Source: Thermofilum pendens Hrk 5 (lineage in GTDB: Archaea; Thermoproteota; Thermoprotei; Thermofilales; Thermofilaceae). Taken from it: a stretch of 32,000 nt of DNA. Below the pieces are notes generated by a model. That model searched no databases. It was given only the letters and a program-made list of their open reading frames with translations, and was not told where the DNA came from. The position numbers were made by a program, and so were the translations under genes. Below, one piece after another: positions 7,297-16,287 of this stretch (position 1 is its first letter; each line of letters begins with the position of its first letter). The stretch lies in contig NC_008698.1 of NCBI RefSeq assembly GCF_000015225.1, positions 150,001 to 182,000 on the forward strand. The letters are read 5' to 3'.

Positions 7297-8990
7297 GGCT
7301 TACCACCTTTACGAGAGAGAGAAACCAAATACTCGTACGGAAAAACGCGGGTCCTCCCACTCTTTACGTCCACAACGATCACTCTCTCCGTACAACTATA
7401 GCAGGGGTCAATGCTCCCAATTATCAACGGGAGATCTGCCAGCGTATAGCCTCGGCACATGTAGGGTATTGCCGGCCAGTTATTGTACGTTGAGGCTCTC
7501 ACCCTCCACCTGTAAACCTTGCTGTGCGGGCCGGTTATGACAAAGTGCACGTCTTCACCTCTCGGAGCTTCAACGTAGCCCAGTCCCCTGGCGTAAGGTC
7601 TGTACTCCTTCACCTCGGCTTGTATAGGTCCTCCCGGCATGTTCTCAAGCACCTGCCTAATGATACTTATGGTTTCGAAAGTTTCCTCGGCTCTTACGCT
7701 GAGTCTCGCGAGGACGTCTCCCTCGCTGTGCACTGGGACCTTAAAGTCCACCTCGCTGTACGCGGCGTAGGGGTGATCCTTCCTCGTGTCCCTCTTTATC
7801 GAAGAGCCGCGGGCAACCGGTCCAACCACGCTGACCTTTCTTGCGACGTCCCTAGGCAGTACTCCAACGTCCTTTGCGCGGCTTACAAGCGTAGACGTGC
7901 TGAGAACAGCGTCTAGGACAGCCTTATACTCCTTTTCCACTTCCTTCAGGATTTCGAGGGCCTTCTTCGCTCTGTCCTCGGTTATGTCCCTTCTCACGCC
8001 CCCGACCACGTTCATACCGTAAGTCTTCCTGCCGCCCGTGAGGAGCTCTGCCATGTACATTACTTTCTCTCTAGCCTTGAAGAAGGCCATGAAGCCCCAG
8101 TCGAAGCCCGCGAGGTGGCATGCTAGGCCTAAGTTCAGCAGGTGGCTGTGCAGCCTCTCCACCTCCAGCATGAGCGTCCTTATGTACAATGCCCTCTCTG
8201 GAACCTCTATGCCTAGCGCCTGCTCGACTGCCTGGCAGTACGCGCACGAATGAGCATACCCGCATATGCCACATATTCTCTCCGCGATGAACGGTACTTG
8301 GTTGTAGGTCAGCCTGCTCTCCGCGAGTTTTTCAATGCCGCGGTGGACGTAGAACATCCTGTAGTCGACGTCGACTACCTTCTCTCCATCAAGGAACACT
8401 CTGAACTGCCCGGGCTCGTCGGCAACGGCGTGTACGGGGCCTATAGGCACTTGCATTATGCCTTCTCCTTCTACGCTCGGTCTAAACTCGCACTTTCTAG
8501 CTACGCTAGGAGGCCTCTCCGTGTACGTGAACTCCTTTCTAAGAGGATGAACACCCTCGGGCCAGTCGTCGGGCAATACCAGTCTGCGCGGATCCGGATG
8601 GTTCTCGGGAACTAGCCCTAAGAGGTCTCTCACCTCCCTCTCGTACCAGGAAGCCGCGGGAATCTTGGGCGTTACTGAGGAGAACTTCGTATCGTGGGGC
8701 GGTATATTCGTTACTACCACAACCCACGGTTTCTTGCCATCTTCGTAACCCTCCTCTATGGAGAAAACGTAGTAGAGTCTATACGCTCCGTGCAGGCTCC
8801 TCTCGTCACTTCCGGCCATGGTAGAGAGGAAGCCTCCCAGCTCGTAGTAAACGTACGAGCAGACTTCTGGGAGCTTCGTCCTCTCGACGTATAGGTATAG
8901 CTGATCGGGATAAGGTTTCTCAACTCCTAGTAACAGCCCTCCGATTTCCTTTCTGATCTTTTCCTCTAGTCTCTCCATCCCATTGTTCAT
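7287..8990 (-). CDS. hyfG: Group 4 [NiFe] hydrogenase large subunit, HycE/HyfG type (NuoC-NuoD fusion)
   Basis: The N-terminal Ni-Fe ligand motif is RICGICGYAHS and the C-terminal motif is DPCYSCTER (7383-7409), followed by a 31-aa tail. The ATG at 8990 forms an ATGA overlap with the upstream stop, giving 567 aa. The 641-aa ORF-track version runs into the upstream gene. Confidence 0.95.
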   Translation of the reverse strand: MNNGMERLEEKIRKEIGGLLLGVEKPYPDQLYLYVERTKLPEVCSYVYYELGGFLSTMAGSDERSLHGAYRLYYVFSIEEGYEDGKKPWVVVVTNIPPHDTKFSSVTPKIPAASWYEREVRDLLGLVPENHPDPRRLVLPDDWPEGVHPLRKEFTYTERPPSVARKCEFRPSVEGEGIMQVPIGPVHAVADEPGQFRVFLDGEKVVDVDYRMFYVHRGIEKLAESRLTYNQVPFIAERICGICGYAHSCAYCQAVEQALGIEVPERALYIRTLMLEVERLHSHLLNLGLACHLAGFDWGFMAFFKAREKVMYMAELLTGGRKTYGMNVVGGVRRDITEDRAKKALEILKEVEKEYKAVLDAVLSTSTLVSRAKDVGVLPRDVARKVSVVGPVARGSSIKRDTRKDHPYAAYSEVDFKVPVHSEGDVLARLSVRAEETFETISIIRQVLENMPGGPIQAEVKEYRPYARGLGYVEAPRGEDVHFVITGPHSKVYRWRVRASTYNNWPAIPYMCRGYTLADLPLIIGSIDPCYSCTERVIVVDVKSGRTRVFPYEYLVSLSRKGGKPWA

Positions 8991-10450
8991 ATTCTCACAC
9001 CCCCTATTAGGTAGAGGGAAACAAACCCGGAAACCACGCATAACAATACCAGTACCAGTAGTCCTGCAAGCATGGCCCGCGGACTCTTCCCTCGAAGCTT
9101 CTGCATAGCCTCCGAGGGCTCCCCCATTACGGCGTGCTGTACTACCCTTAAGAACCAGGCGAAGCACACCACTTCGATCGCTAGAGAGGCAGAGGCAGCT
9201 AAGGGCGCCCATAGTCCCAGAGCCGGGTTAAAGCCCGAAAGCACGATGTATGCCTTGCTGAAGAAGCAACCAAAGGGCGGTAGGCCCATTATGTCGAGTG
9301 CCGCCGCAAGCAGTACTGCTGCTACAAGTGGGTTTGCATCCCACAGCCCCCTAATATCGCTCAGCCTCTTTGTACCTGCGCAGTAGAGCAGTAGACCGCT
9401 CAACGCGAAGAGGGCTCCCTTTGCGTAGGCCTGGTTCACCACGTGCATTAGCATAGCCTTTAGACCTAGTTGCGACCCGGCTAGATAGTAGGATAGCGAC
9501 AGCGATGCTAGCCCCATCTCCACGATGCTCGAGTAGGCGAGTAATCGCTTAAAGTCCATTTGTGCAGGCATGCACAGCACCCCTACTGCTACACTCAGCA
9601 CGGCAAGGATGGCGATCGCCGAGTACCACCATTCCATGTTCGCCTGTAGCGCCAGGCTGATTCTCGTAAGCCCGTAGAGCCCCATCGAAAGCATAACTCC
9701 GCTTAGCAACGCCGAGACATTGCTCGGAGCCGCTGGGTGTGCCTCGGGAAGCCACACGTGGAGAGGTACAAGACCGAGCTTCATGCCGAAGCCGATCAAT
9801 GCCAAAGCGAGTATTGCTGTCTTCACGCCGGGCTCGATCGTGTGAGGATCCACCTTAAGCAGGCTCCACGAACCTGAGGTCAGAACTGTAAGTACAAGCG
9901 ATACTGCTATGCACGCAAAGCCTACGTGCATGAGTATGAAGTAGAGGTAGCCAATCCTTCTCACGTCCGGCGTGTCCTCGTATATGACCAGGAAGTACGA
10001 GCTCGCAGTCATGAGCTCCCAGAAGAACAGGAACCAGAGTACGTTGTCCGTGCAACACGTCATTATCATTGAGAAGATGAAGGCATTGTAGAAAGTGCCG
10101 AAATAGCCTATGCTCCTCTCACCGTAGAACATCTTGAGGTAGCCTACGGAGAATATCGAGATAGCGAAGGTTAGGGTCGCCACAGCGAAGACGAAGGACG
10201 CCGAGAGAGAGTCTATGTATACCGTTAGGGGGGCTTCGGCTACTACCACCCTGTAAGGACCCAGGACCACAGGCTTCCCTGTCTCCATGACTATCGCGCT
10301 TGCACAGGCGACGGCAACGGATGCTATCGCCGAGGAAGCCATCGACACCACGTTGGCAAGCTTTGGCTTTGAGTCAAAGAGTAGCGCAAGGACTGCTGCC
10401 GCTAGGTAGGCGGCTAGGCCTATTACAAACAACTCGACTGGAGAAATCAT
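8987..10450 (-). CDS. hyfD: Antiporter-like membrane subunit, HyfD/HyfB (NuoL) type
   Basis: WELMTASSYFLVIYE and GLVPLHVWLPEAHPAAPSNVSALLSG are characteristic motifs. The 487-aa protein is polytopic and overlaps both neighbouring genes by 4 nt. Confidence 0.85.
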   Translation of the reverse strand: MISPVELFVIGLAAYLAAAVLALLFDSKPKLANVVSMASSAIASVAVACASAIVMETGKPVVLGPYRVVVAEAPLTVYIDSLSASFVFAVATLTFAISIFSVGYLKMFYGERSIGYFGTFYNAFIFSMIMTCCTDNVLWFLFFWELMTASSYFLVIYEDTPDVRRIGYLYFILMHVGFACIAVSLVLTVLTSGSWSLLKVDPHTIEPGVKTAILALALIGFGMKLGLVPLHVWLPEAHPAAPSNVSALLSGVMLSMGLYGLTRISLALQANMEWWYSAIAILAVLSVAVGVLCMPAQMDFKRLLAYSSIVEMGLASLSLSYYLAGSQLGLKAMLMHVVNQAYAKGALFALSGLLLYCAGTKRLSDIRGLWDANPLVAAVLLAAALDIMGLPPFGCFFSKAYIVLSGFNPALGLWAPLAASASLAIEVVCFAWFLRVVQHAVMGEPSEAMQKLRGKSPRAMLAGLLVLVLLCVVSGFVSLYLIGGVRI

Positions 10451-11922
10451 GGCACACCACCCCCTACAATACTCCTACCGGCATTCTCAAGGCATGAACG
10501 TAAAGGCTCGGGTATATATACGCCCAGGAGCAACGAGAGCAGTAGCAGAATGGTTATAGGAGCTTTCAGTATGTGTGGATACTTCTCTGTGCTCGATGCT
10601 GGCTCCCCGAAGACCATGTTTGTGCAACTAACGAGCAGCGCGGCGAAAGCCACCACTATCGCTGCGAGGAAGAGCACCAGGGCGAAAGGATTCCCGGACT
10701 TCACTCCAGCCATTATCGCCAGGAGCTCCGACTGGAATGTTCCGAAGGGAGGACCCCCTATGATCGCGTATGCGCCGGCTAGCACTAGGGCGCCGAGCGC
10801 AGGGTAGGACCTCATCATGCCTCTTATCCCCTCTATTTTCCGCGTGCCGTAAGACAGCGTTACGAGGCCCGAGGAAAGGAAGAGGGCAGACTTCACGAGC
10901 GCATGGTTTACTACGTGGAAAACAGCGGCTAGAGCGCCCAAGTAGCCGCCAAACCCCAGTGCGCAGGCAATGATACCCATGTGCTCTACGCTCGAAAGTG
11001 CGAAAAGCCTGTTAACGTCGGTCACAGCGAGCATGTGCAACGAGGAGATGAAAAGTGAGGCTATACCTACTACTAGCAGTACAGTTTGAGCAAAAGCTCC
11101 CACCCCGGCCAGCACTGAGACACTGTAGAACCTCACCAGAGTGTATATCGCGCAACCCTCCAGTATGCTGGCCAGAAGTGCTGACACGTACGGCGGGGCT
11201 TCGGAGTAGGTATCCGGGAGCCAAGTATGGAAGGGAGCTAGCCCGGCTTTCGTGCCGAAGCCTACAAGCGCAAGCGTAAAGGCTATTTTTACCATAGTCG
11301 AGTGTGCTTCAAGCATCTTTGCATGGTCGACTAGGCTTGTCCAGAGGAGCGGGGCAGGGATGCCGGCTAAGTAGGCTGTGTAGTAGAGTGTGACCACACC
11401 GTAAAGCCCGAAGGCTATACCCGTCGAGCACAGAATAATGTACTTCCACGAAGCCTCGATGGCCTCCGCCGTGCGGTAAGTAGCGACAAGGTGTGCCGTC
11501 GCTATCGTCGTGGCCTCCAATGCAACCCACATTATCGCGATATTGTTCGTTGTCACTACTAGAATCATTGTGAAGATAAAGGCGTTGAGCAGGACGTAGA
11601 AGAGGACTACTTTCTCGCGTGCAACGACTCCGCGTTCAACCTCGTAGGCTAGGTATTTCGGCGAGTACAGCGATACCATTAGTGACACGAATGAGATAAC
11701 GACCAGCATTAGCGAGGTCAGCGAGTCTACAATGAACTCGTCGCCCAGGAGCAGGAACTTTCTGCCCGTCGACGTTTCAACCATGAGTAGACATGAAACC
11801 GCGGAGAGGAGGAGCGTCGAGACCACTGTGAGAATCTCCCCTACTCTGGCGTTTCTAAGTAGAGCAGTAAACGCTGAAGCGCAGAGAGGAGCCGCAAACA
11901 ATACGAGGAGGTATGCCTCCAT
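10447..11922 (-). CDS. hyfF: Antiporter-like membrane subunit, HyfF (NuoM/N) type
   Basis: WVALEATTIATAHLV and GLAPFHTWLPDTYSEAP are motifs typical of hydrogenase-4 component F. The protein is 491 aa. Confidence 0.85.
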   Translation of the reverse strand: MEAYLLVLFAAPLCASAFTALLRNARVGEILTVVSTLLLSAVSCLLMVETSTGRKFLLLGDEFIVDSLTSLMLVVISFVSLMVSLYSPKYLAYEVERGVVAREKVVLFYVLLNAFIFTMILVVTTNNIAIMWVALEATTIATAHLVATYRTAEAIEASWKYIILCSTGIAFGLYGVVTLYYTAYLAGIPAPLLWTSLVDHAKMLEAHSTMVKIAFTLALVGFGTKAGLAPFHTWLPDTYSEAPPYVSALLASILEGCAIYTLVRFYSVSVLAGVGAFAQTVLLVVGIASLFISSLHMLAVTDVNRLFALSSVEHMGIIACALGFGGYLGALAAVFHVVNHALVKSALFLSSGLVTLSYGTRKIEGIRGMMRSYPALGALVLAGAYAIIGGPPFGTFQSELLAIMAGVKSGNPFALVLFLAAIVVAFAALLVSCTNMVFGEPASSTEKYPHILKAPITILLLLSLLLGVYIPEPLRSCLENAGRSIVGGGVP

Positions 11923-11934
11923 AATCCCACCACC

Positions 11935-12573
11935 TCAGTACCTTAGTAACGAAAGCCTCCCGGTATCGAGTGTTCCAACAACTTTCTTCATCTCCTCTGC
12001 AAGCAGGCAACATACGAGCACAAGTAGAACCGCGTCCGTCAATACGCCGACTTCGACTGTTTCTGGCAGACCTGGGGCCATAACTGCCAGCGTAAGGTGC
12101 GAGCCGTTCTCGAAGTGGCATATCCCTAGGATTTGCTTTAACGCGTCCCTACGTGTAACCATGAGGTGTAAGCCTATCAGGAACAGCGCAACGGAGACCG
12201 AGAGGGGTACGCTCTCCCAGCCGGAGACTATTCTCGTGCCAATGGCGAATCCTATGGCTATTAGCGCGCCCAGGAGTATATGGCTCGCCCACCCGCCGAG
12301 GTACGGCTCCTCCTCGACAACGGCATCGACACGCTTCGTGGTTCTAAGTATGAAGTAGGGAACTAGGACGGCCTTTGTTAGTATGGCGGTGAGGCCCCAC
12401 AGTGCAAAGTACCACTCAACTGTTGAAAGCATGAAAAATATCGAGGCCAGCAAAAGCGTCTGAACGCAGTAGGCATAGGTCGCCCTCCTTAGATTCCGCT
12501 CCTCGTTAATGTAGCTCGCTGTTAGCACCATTAACGCCGCACAAGCTCCTATACTCTTCTCCAAACCGAGCAT
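11935..12573 (-). CDS. hyfE: Hydrogenase-4 membrane subunit E-like (NuoK-related)
   Basis: A 212-aa multi-TM protein of the size of HyfE (about 216 aa), in the matching operon position. The assignment rests mainly on size, hydrophobicity and context. Confidence 0.65.
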   Translation of the reverse strand: MLGLEKSIGACAALMVLTASYINEERNLRRATYAYCVQTLLLASIFFMLSTVEWYFALWGLTAILTKAVLVPYFILRTTKRVDAVVEEEPYLGGWASHILLGALIAIGFAIGTRIVSGWESVPLSVSVALFLIGLHLMVTRRDALKQILGICHFENGSHLTLAVMAPGLPETVEVGVLTDAVLLVLVCCLLAEEMKKVVGTLDTGRLSLLRY

Positions 12574-12576
12574 TTT

Positions 12577-13515
12577 TCACCACCCCATAAGGTAGAATAT
12601 AGTTGCGCATACCACGAGAACGAAGACGAGTGATAAATTCTTGTGAAGTTCCACAACCTTATACCTGGCGTTCCCAGCGATCACCAACGCGGCTATAGTA
12701 ACAAGTGCCAAGAGCTTGATCAGGTAGCTTGCTACACCGACTAAGATTCCGAGAGGTTCAAGTGTCAATGCTACGCCGTAAGGCAGGAAAATATCAACGA
12801 AGAGTGTGAAGAGCACTGCCCTCTTCACCATCATGGATAGTTGCATAAGAGCGAGCTGCCTCCCCGAGTACTCTTGAAGCAAGCCCTCCTGTATTTCCTG
12901 TTCAGCCTCGGCTACGTCGAACGGAAGTACTCCCGCCTCTGCCAGCATGCACACGAAGAAGGCCAAGGCCGCAACGATGTAGGAAGGCCTCGCGATAAAC
13001 GTCTCCCAGCGCAGGCACGTGTGACTCACTACGGCATAAAGGCTTGAGGAGCCACCCTCCAGAGCCGGTAGGAGCGCCGCGAAGAGCATGGGTACCTCTA
13101 TGACTACGGCTGCAGCATTCTCGCGCCATGCTCCGGCTGCGGCCAGCGGCGAGCCTGTATCAAGGCTGGCTATTGAGAGTACGAATCTTGCGAGAGCGAG
13201 AGAGTAGATTAGGAGGAAGATGTCGGCTAGAGGGATGCCCATGTTTACAAACACTGGGATGCTCATGGCAATGACTACTGTTATCGCTAGGTAGAGCAGC
13301 GGTGTAGCCATGTAGATCCAGGAGCTAACCTCGGGGACTGAGAGCTTGTCCTTTGACCACAACTTTAGCAGGTCTCTGTAGGGCTGTATCACGGGTGGAC
13401 CTTTACGTAACTGTAGCCTGGCGATTATCTTTCTTTGTATGCCATAGGCTAGTGGCGCCAGGAGTACTAGGCAGACCCCCTGGACGACACCCACCAAAAT
13501 TTGCAGGGGTATCAT
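12577..13515 (-). CDS. hyfC: HyfC/HycD (NuoH-like) membrane subunit
   Basis: The 312-aa polytopic protein has an N-terminal RKIIARLQLRKGP motif and a conserved EAEQEIxEG loop typical of NuoH/HycD. It overlaps the upstream gene by 4 nt. Confidence 0.85.
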   Translation of the reverse strand: MIPLQILVGVVQGVCLVLLAPLAYGIQRKIIARLQLRKGPPVIQPYRDLLKLWSKDKLSVPEVSSWIYMATPLLYLAITVVIAMSIPVFVNMGIPLADIFLLIYSLALARFVLSIASLDTGSPLAAAGAWRENAAAVVIEVPMLFAALLPALEGGSSSLYAVVSHTCLRWETFIARPSYIVAALAFFVCMLAEAGVLPFDVAEAEQEIQEGLLQEYSGRQLALMQLSMMVKRAVLFTLFVDIFLPYGVALTLEPLGILVGVASYLIKLLALVTIAALVIAGNARYKVVELHKNLSLVFVLVVCATIFYLMGW

Positions 13516-15725
13516 GGTAAAACCACCCCCAGAACCAGGAGTAAAACTACCATCACGAGTATGTAGAACATGTAAATATGCAGAGCTCCGGCCTGAACCT
13601 TTCTAACGAGCAGCCCGAGCTTGAGAGCGAGCTTGGCGAGTGGGGCGTAGGTAACCTTCTCCTTGTAGGCAGGTCTCGCTTCTAGGATCCCTGCAATCGG
13701 TTTTGCGAAGGGAGCATAGAGAGAGTTCTCGAGGAGGGTGGCTAGGCGAGCCAGCGTACCCTGGGTTGTGGTGGGCGGTCCCTCCACCTTTACGTAGGCA
13801 TACGCCTCGATCTTCGGGCGCATCTCAACTTCGTAGCTGAGCTTTCGCGTATATATCGGTGGGACGCTGTATTCTCTATGCTCCTTAACGGTCACCCCGT
13901 AGAGGCGCGCAAAGAGCCCTCTCACCTGGGAGGCATACGCGGTCGCCGTAGGCTTCATGGCTTCTGGCTCATACTCCACACCGCTTACCCATGGCGGCGT
14001 CCTGGTGATTTTCAGCCTTCTGAGCCCGAGCGCCAGTCCAGCGGCAGCTACCAAGATTACGAGAGCCGCGGCTAAGCCGGGCAAGGATACCTCGCCACGT
14101 AACAAGTTGGACTCTAAGACTAGGCTCAGCGGGCTTGGTGCGGCAAGCGGTGCCGGCGCTCCTGTGATCTGCCTCGATGCTTTATCCACGAAGACGGCTA
14201 CGTAGGGCATAGCTACGCCCAGCACTATGCATGCCGCCGCCGGGATAGCCATTCCGATTTTCATTGTGAGAGACTCTCCTCCCTTGGGCTTCACACGCCC
14301 TAACGGGCCCAGGAATGTTACACCATAGACCTTGGTGAAACAGAGCACAGCGAGCGCGCCGGCAAGGCCCAGCATGAGGGCTGAGAAGAGAGCTGCGAGG
14401 GAGACCCAGGGAGCCTTGCCTGCGGCTTCCTTCACGACTGCGAGGAGCGACTGATAGGTTAACCACTCGCTGGCAAAACCGTTGAGAGGCGGCACTCCTG
14501 CGATTGCCATCGCGGCTATTAGGAAAGTCACAGAGGTCCAGGGAAGATATTTCGACAACCCTCCTAGTAGCTCGAAGTTTCTAGTCCTACAGCTCTTAAG
14601 CACGGAGCCCGATCCTAGGAAGAGCAGGGACTTGAACACCGCGTGGTTCAGTAGGTGGTACAGCGCGGCTGTGAGCGCTAATGCTGCAACGTCCTTAAGA
14701 CCCTCGGAATAGAGTATTAGCGAAGCTCCTACGCCCAGCAATATTATCCCTATGTTCTCAATACTGTGGTATGCCAGTAACCTTTTAAGGTCGTGCTGTA
14801 CGACCGCGAACTGTACTCCAATTATCGTCGAGAAAGCAGCTATGATCATCACGGCGCACCCCCACAAGCCTCCCTCGACCCCGGATGGTTTGAGGAAATC
14901 GAAGACAACCCTGATTAAGCCGTAAACCGCTACTTTTAGCATGACTCCGCTTAGCAACGCCGAGACGTTGCTCGGAGCTGCCGGGTGCGCCTGGGGGAGC
15001 CACGCGTGCAACGGCACTATGCCAGCTTTCGAGCCGAAGCCTACCAGGGCAAGCAGGAATATCAGCGATGCTATGCCTGGAGGCACGCCTCCCTCCCTAA
15101 AGGCATCGAAGGAAAGCGAGCCCTTGATGAAGTACAGCAGCGCGTACGATAAGAGAATGCAGGCCCCTCCCGCGTGTGCAATAATAAAGTAAGTCTTGGC
15201 TGCATCCCTACTTTCCTCGCTACGGTGCTCATAGCCCACCAGCATGTACGATGAAAGAGTCATTAACTCCCAGGAGAGGTAGAAGGAGAGAGCGTCGTTA
15301 GCTGTTACCACCAGAACCATTGAGAGCACGAAGAGAGCGTAGAAAAACGTTAAGTACGAAATGCTGTACTCTCCTGCGTACATCTCCGAGTACCCGATGG
15401 AGAATATAGACGAGTAGAGTGCAACGAACGATATCACTAAAAGCAGGAATGCGGAGAGCTTGTCTACGTAGAGCGCGAAGAAGCCATGCGCGCCGAACTG
15501 ATCCTGGAGCCCCGGTACCCTGATCCCTTCCACAATCACCGGGGCTCCGGGGCTTAAAAGCGCGTCCAAAGAGTACAGCATCAGTAGAAGTGACGCTAAG
15601 GCTGTTAGCGCATAAGTGAGACGTATGTTCTCCTTAGGCTTCGACCTTAGTATAAGCGAGAGAACGATTGACACTACGTACAGGGCAATGGAACCTAAAA
15701 AAAGAAAAATATTTCCCTGCAACAT
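13512..15725 (-). CDS. hyfB: HyfB/HycC (NuoL-like) antiporter-like subunit with a long C-terminal region
   Basis: WELMTLSSYMLVGYE and GIVPLHAWLPQAHPAAPSNVSALLSG are characteristic motifs. The ATG at 15725 lies 13 nt after the upstream stop. The TTG at 15746 used by the ORF track is less likely. Confidence 0.9.
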   Translation of the reverse strand: MLQGNIFLFLGSIALYVVSIVLSLILRSKPKENIRLTYALTALASLLLMLYSLDALLSPGAPVIVEGIRVPGLQDQFGAHGFFALYVDKLSAFLLLVISFVALYSSIFSIGYSEMYAGEYSISYLTFFYALFVLSMVLVVTANDALSFYLSWELMTLSSYMLVGYEHRSEESRDAAKTYFIIAHAGGACILLSYALLYFIKGSLSFDAFREGGVPPGIASLIFLLALVGFGSKAGIVPLHAWLPQAHPAAPSNVSALLSGVMLKVAVYGLIRVVFDFLKPSGVEGGLWGCAVMIIAAFSTIIGVQFAVVQHDLKRLLAYHSIENIGIILLGVGASLILYSEGLKDVAALALTAALYHLLNHAVFKSLLFLGSGSVLKSCRTRNFELLGGLSKYLPWTSVTFLIAAMAIAGVPPLNGFASEWLTYQSLLAVVKEAAGKAPWVSLAALFSALMLGLAGALAVLCFTKVYGVTFLGPLGRVKPKGGESLTMKIGMAIPAAACIVLGVAMPYVAVFVDKASRQITGAPAPLAAPSPLSLVLESNLLRGEVSLPGLAAALVILVAAAGLALGLRRLKITRTPPWVSGVEYEPEAMKPTATAYASQVRGLFARLYGVTVKEHREYSVPPIYTRKLSYEVEMRPKIEAYAYVKVEGPPTTTQGTLARLATLLENSLYAPFAKPIAGILEARPAYKEKVTYAPLAKLALKLGLLVRKVQAGALHIYMFYILVMVVLLLVLGVVLP

Positions 15726-15738
15726 ACCACTACCCTGA

Positions 15739-16281
15739 TTATACAATTATTCCTTTAATCTCGGATTCCCTTCCGCTTCCAGCTATCTTCAAAGCTGTGG
15801 CGGCGCGTTTCGCGCGCTGGTACTCTTCTACGCTTTCGTACACGAGTGCGTCGGCCGGGCATGTCGCTACGCACGCAGGCTCCAATCCGCGTGCCCTCCG
15901 CTCGGCACACATGTCGCACTTCACCATTATCTTCAGCTCCTTGTCGACCGTGGGTATGCCGAATGGGCATGCGAGAACGCAGAGCCTACACCCAATGCAC
16001 CTAAGGGAGTCTACGATTACAGCTCCTTCGGCGTCCCTCTTGATTGCCTTCACCGGGCAGACGGCCATGCAGGGAGCCTCCTCGCAGTGTCTGCAGTTCA
16101 GCGGTACGCACATCCTGGCCTCCTCTATTAGGTATACGTCGATAAAGGACTTGCCACCGTGCTCTATCTCGCAGGCCACCTCGCAGGCTCTACAACCGAT
16201 GCATCGCTCAGGGTATATGCACACTAGCTTCTCGATAGCGGGATCCTTCTCCTCAACTACCGGGTTTCTTCCAGCCGCCAC
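15739..16281 (-). CDS. HycB/HyfA-like 4x[4Fe-4S] electron-transfer subunit
   Basis: Four cluster motifs are present: CIGCRACEVACE, CRHCEEAPCMAVCP, CIGCRLCVLACP and CDMC...CVATCP. The 180-aa ORF sits between the FDH and hydrogenase genes. Confidence 0.9.
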   Translation of the reverse strand: MAAGRNPVVEEKDPAIEKLVCIYPERCIGCRACEVACEIEHGGKSFIDVYLIEEARMCVPLNCRHCEEAPCMAVCPVKAIKRDAEGAVIVDSLRCIGCRLCVLACPFGIPTVDKELKIMVKCDMCAERRARGLEPACVATCPADALVYESVEEYQRAKRAATALKIAGSGRESEIKGIIV

Positions 16282-16287
16282 ACCCCA

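Noticed and set aside
8991-9212. The 74-aa N-terminal extension of the large-subunit ORF, which makes the ORF-track version 641 aa.
   Set aside because: The extension overlaps the 3' end of the upstream antiporter-like gene and has an implausible sequence. The ATG at 8990 gives a classic ATGA coupling and a HycE-sized protein of 567 aa.
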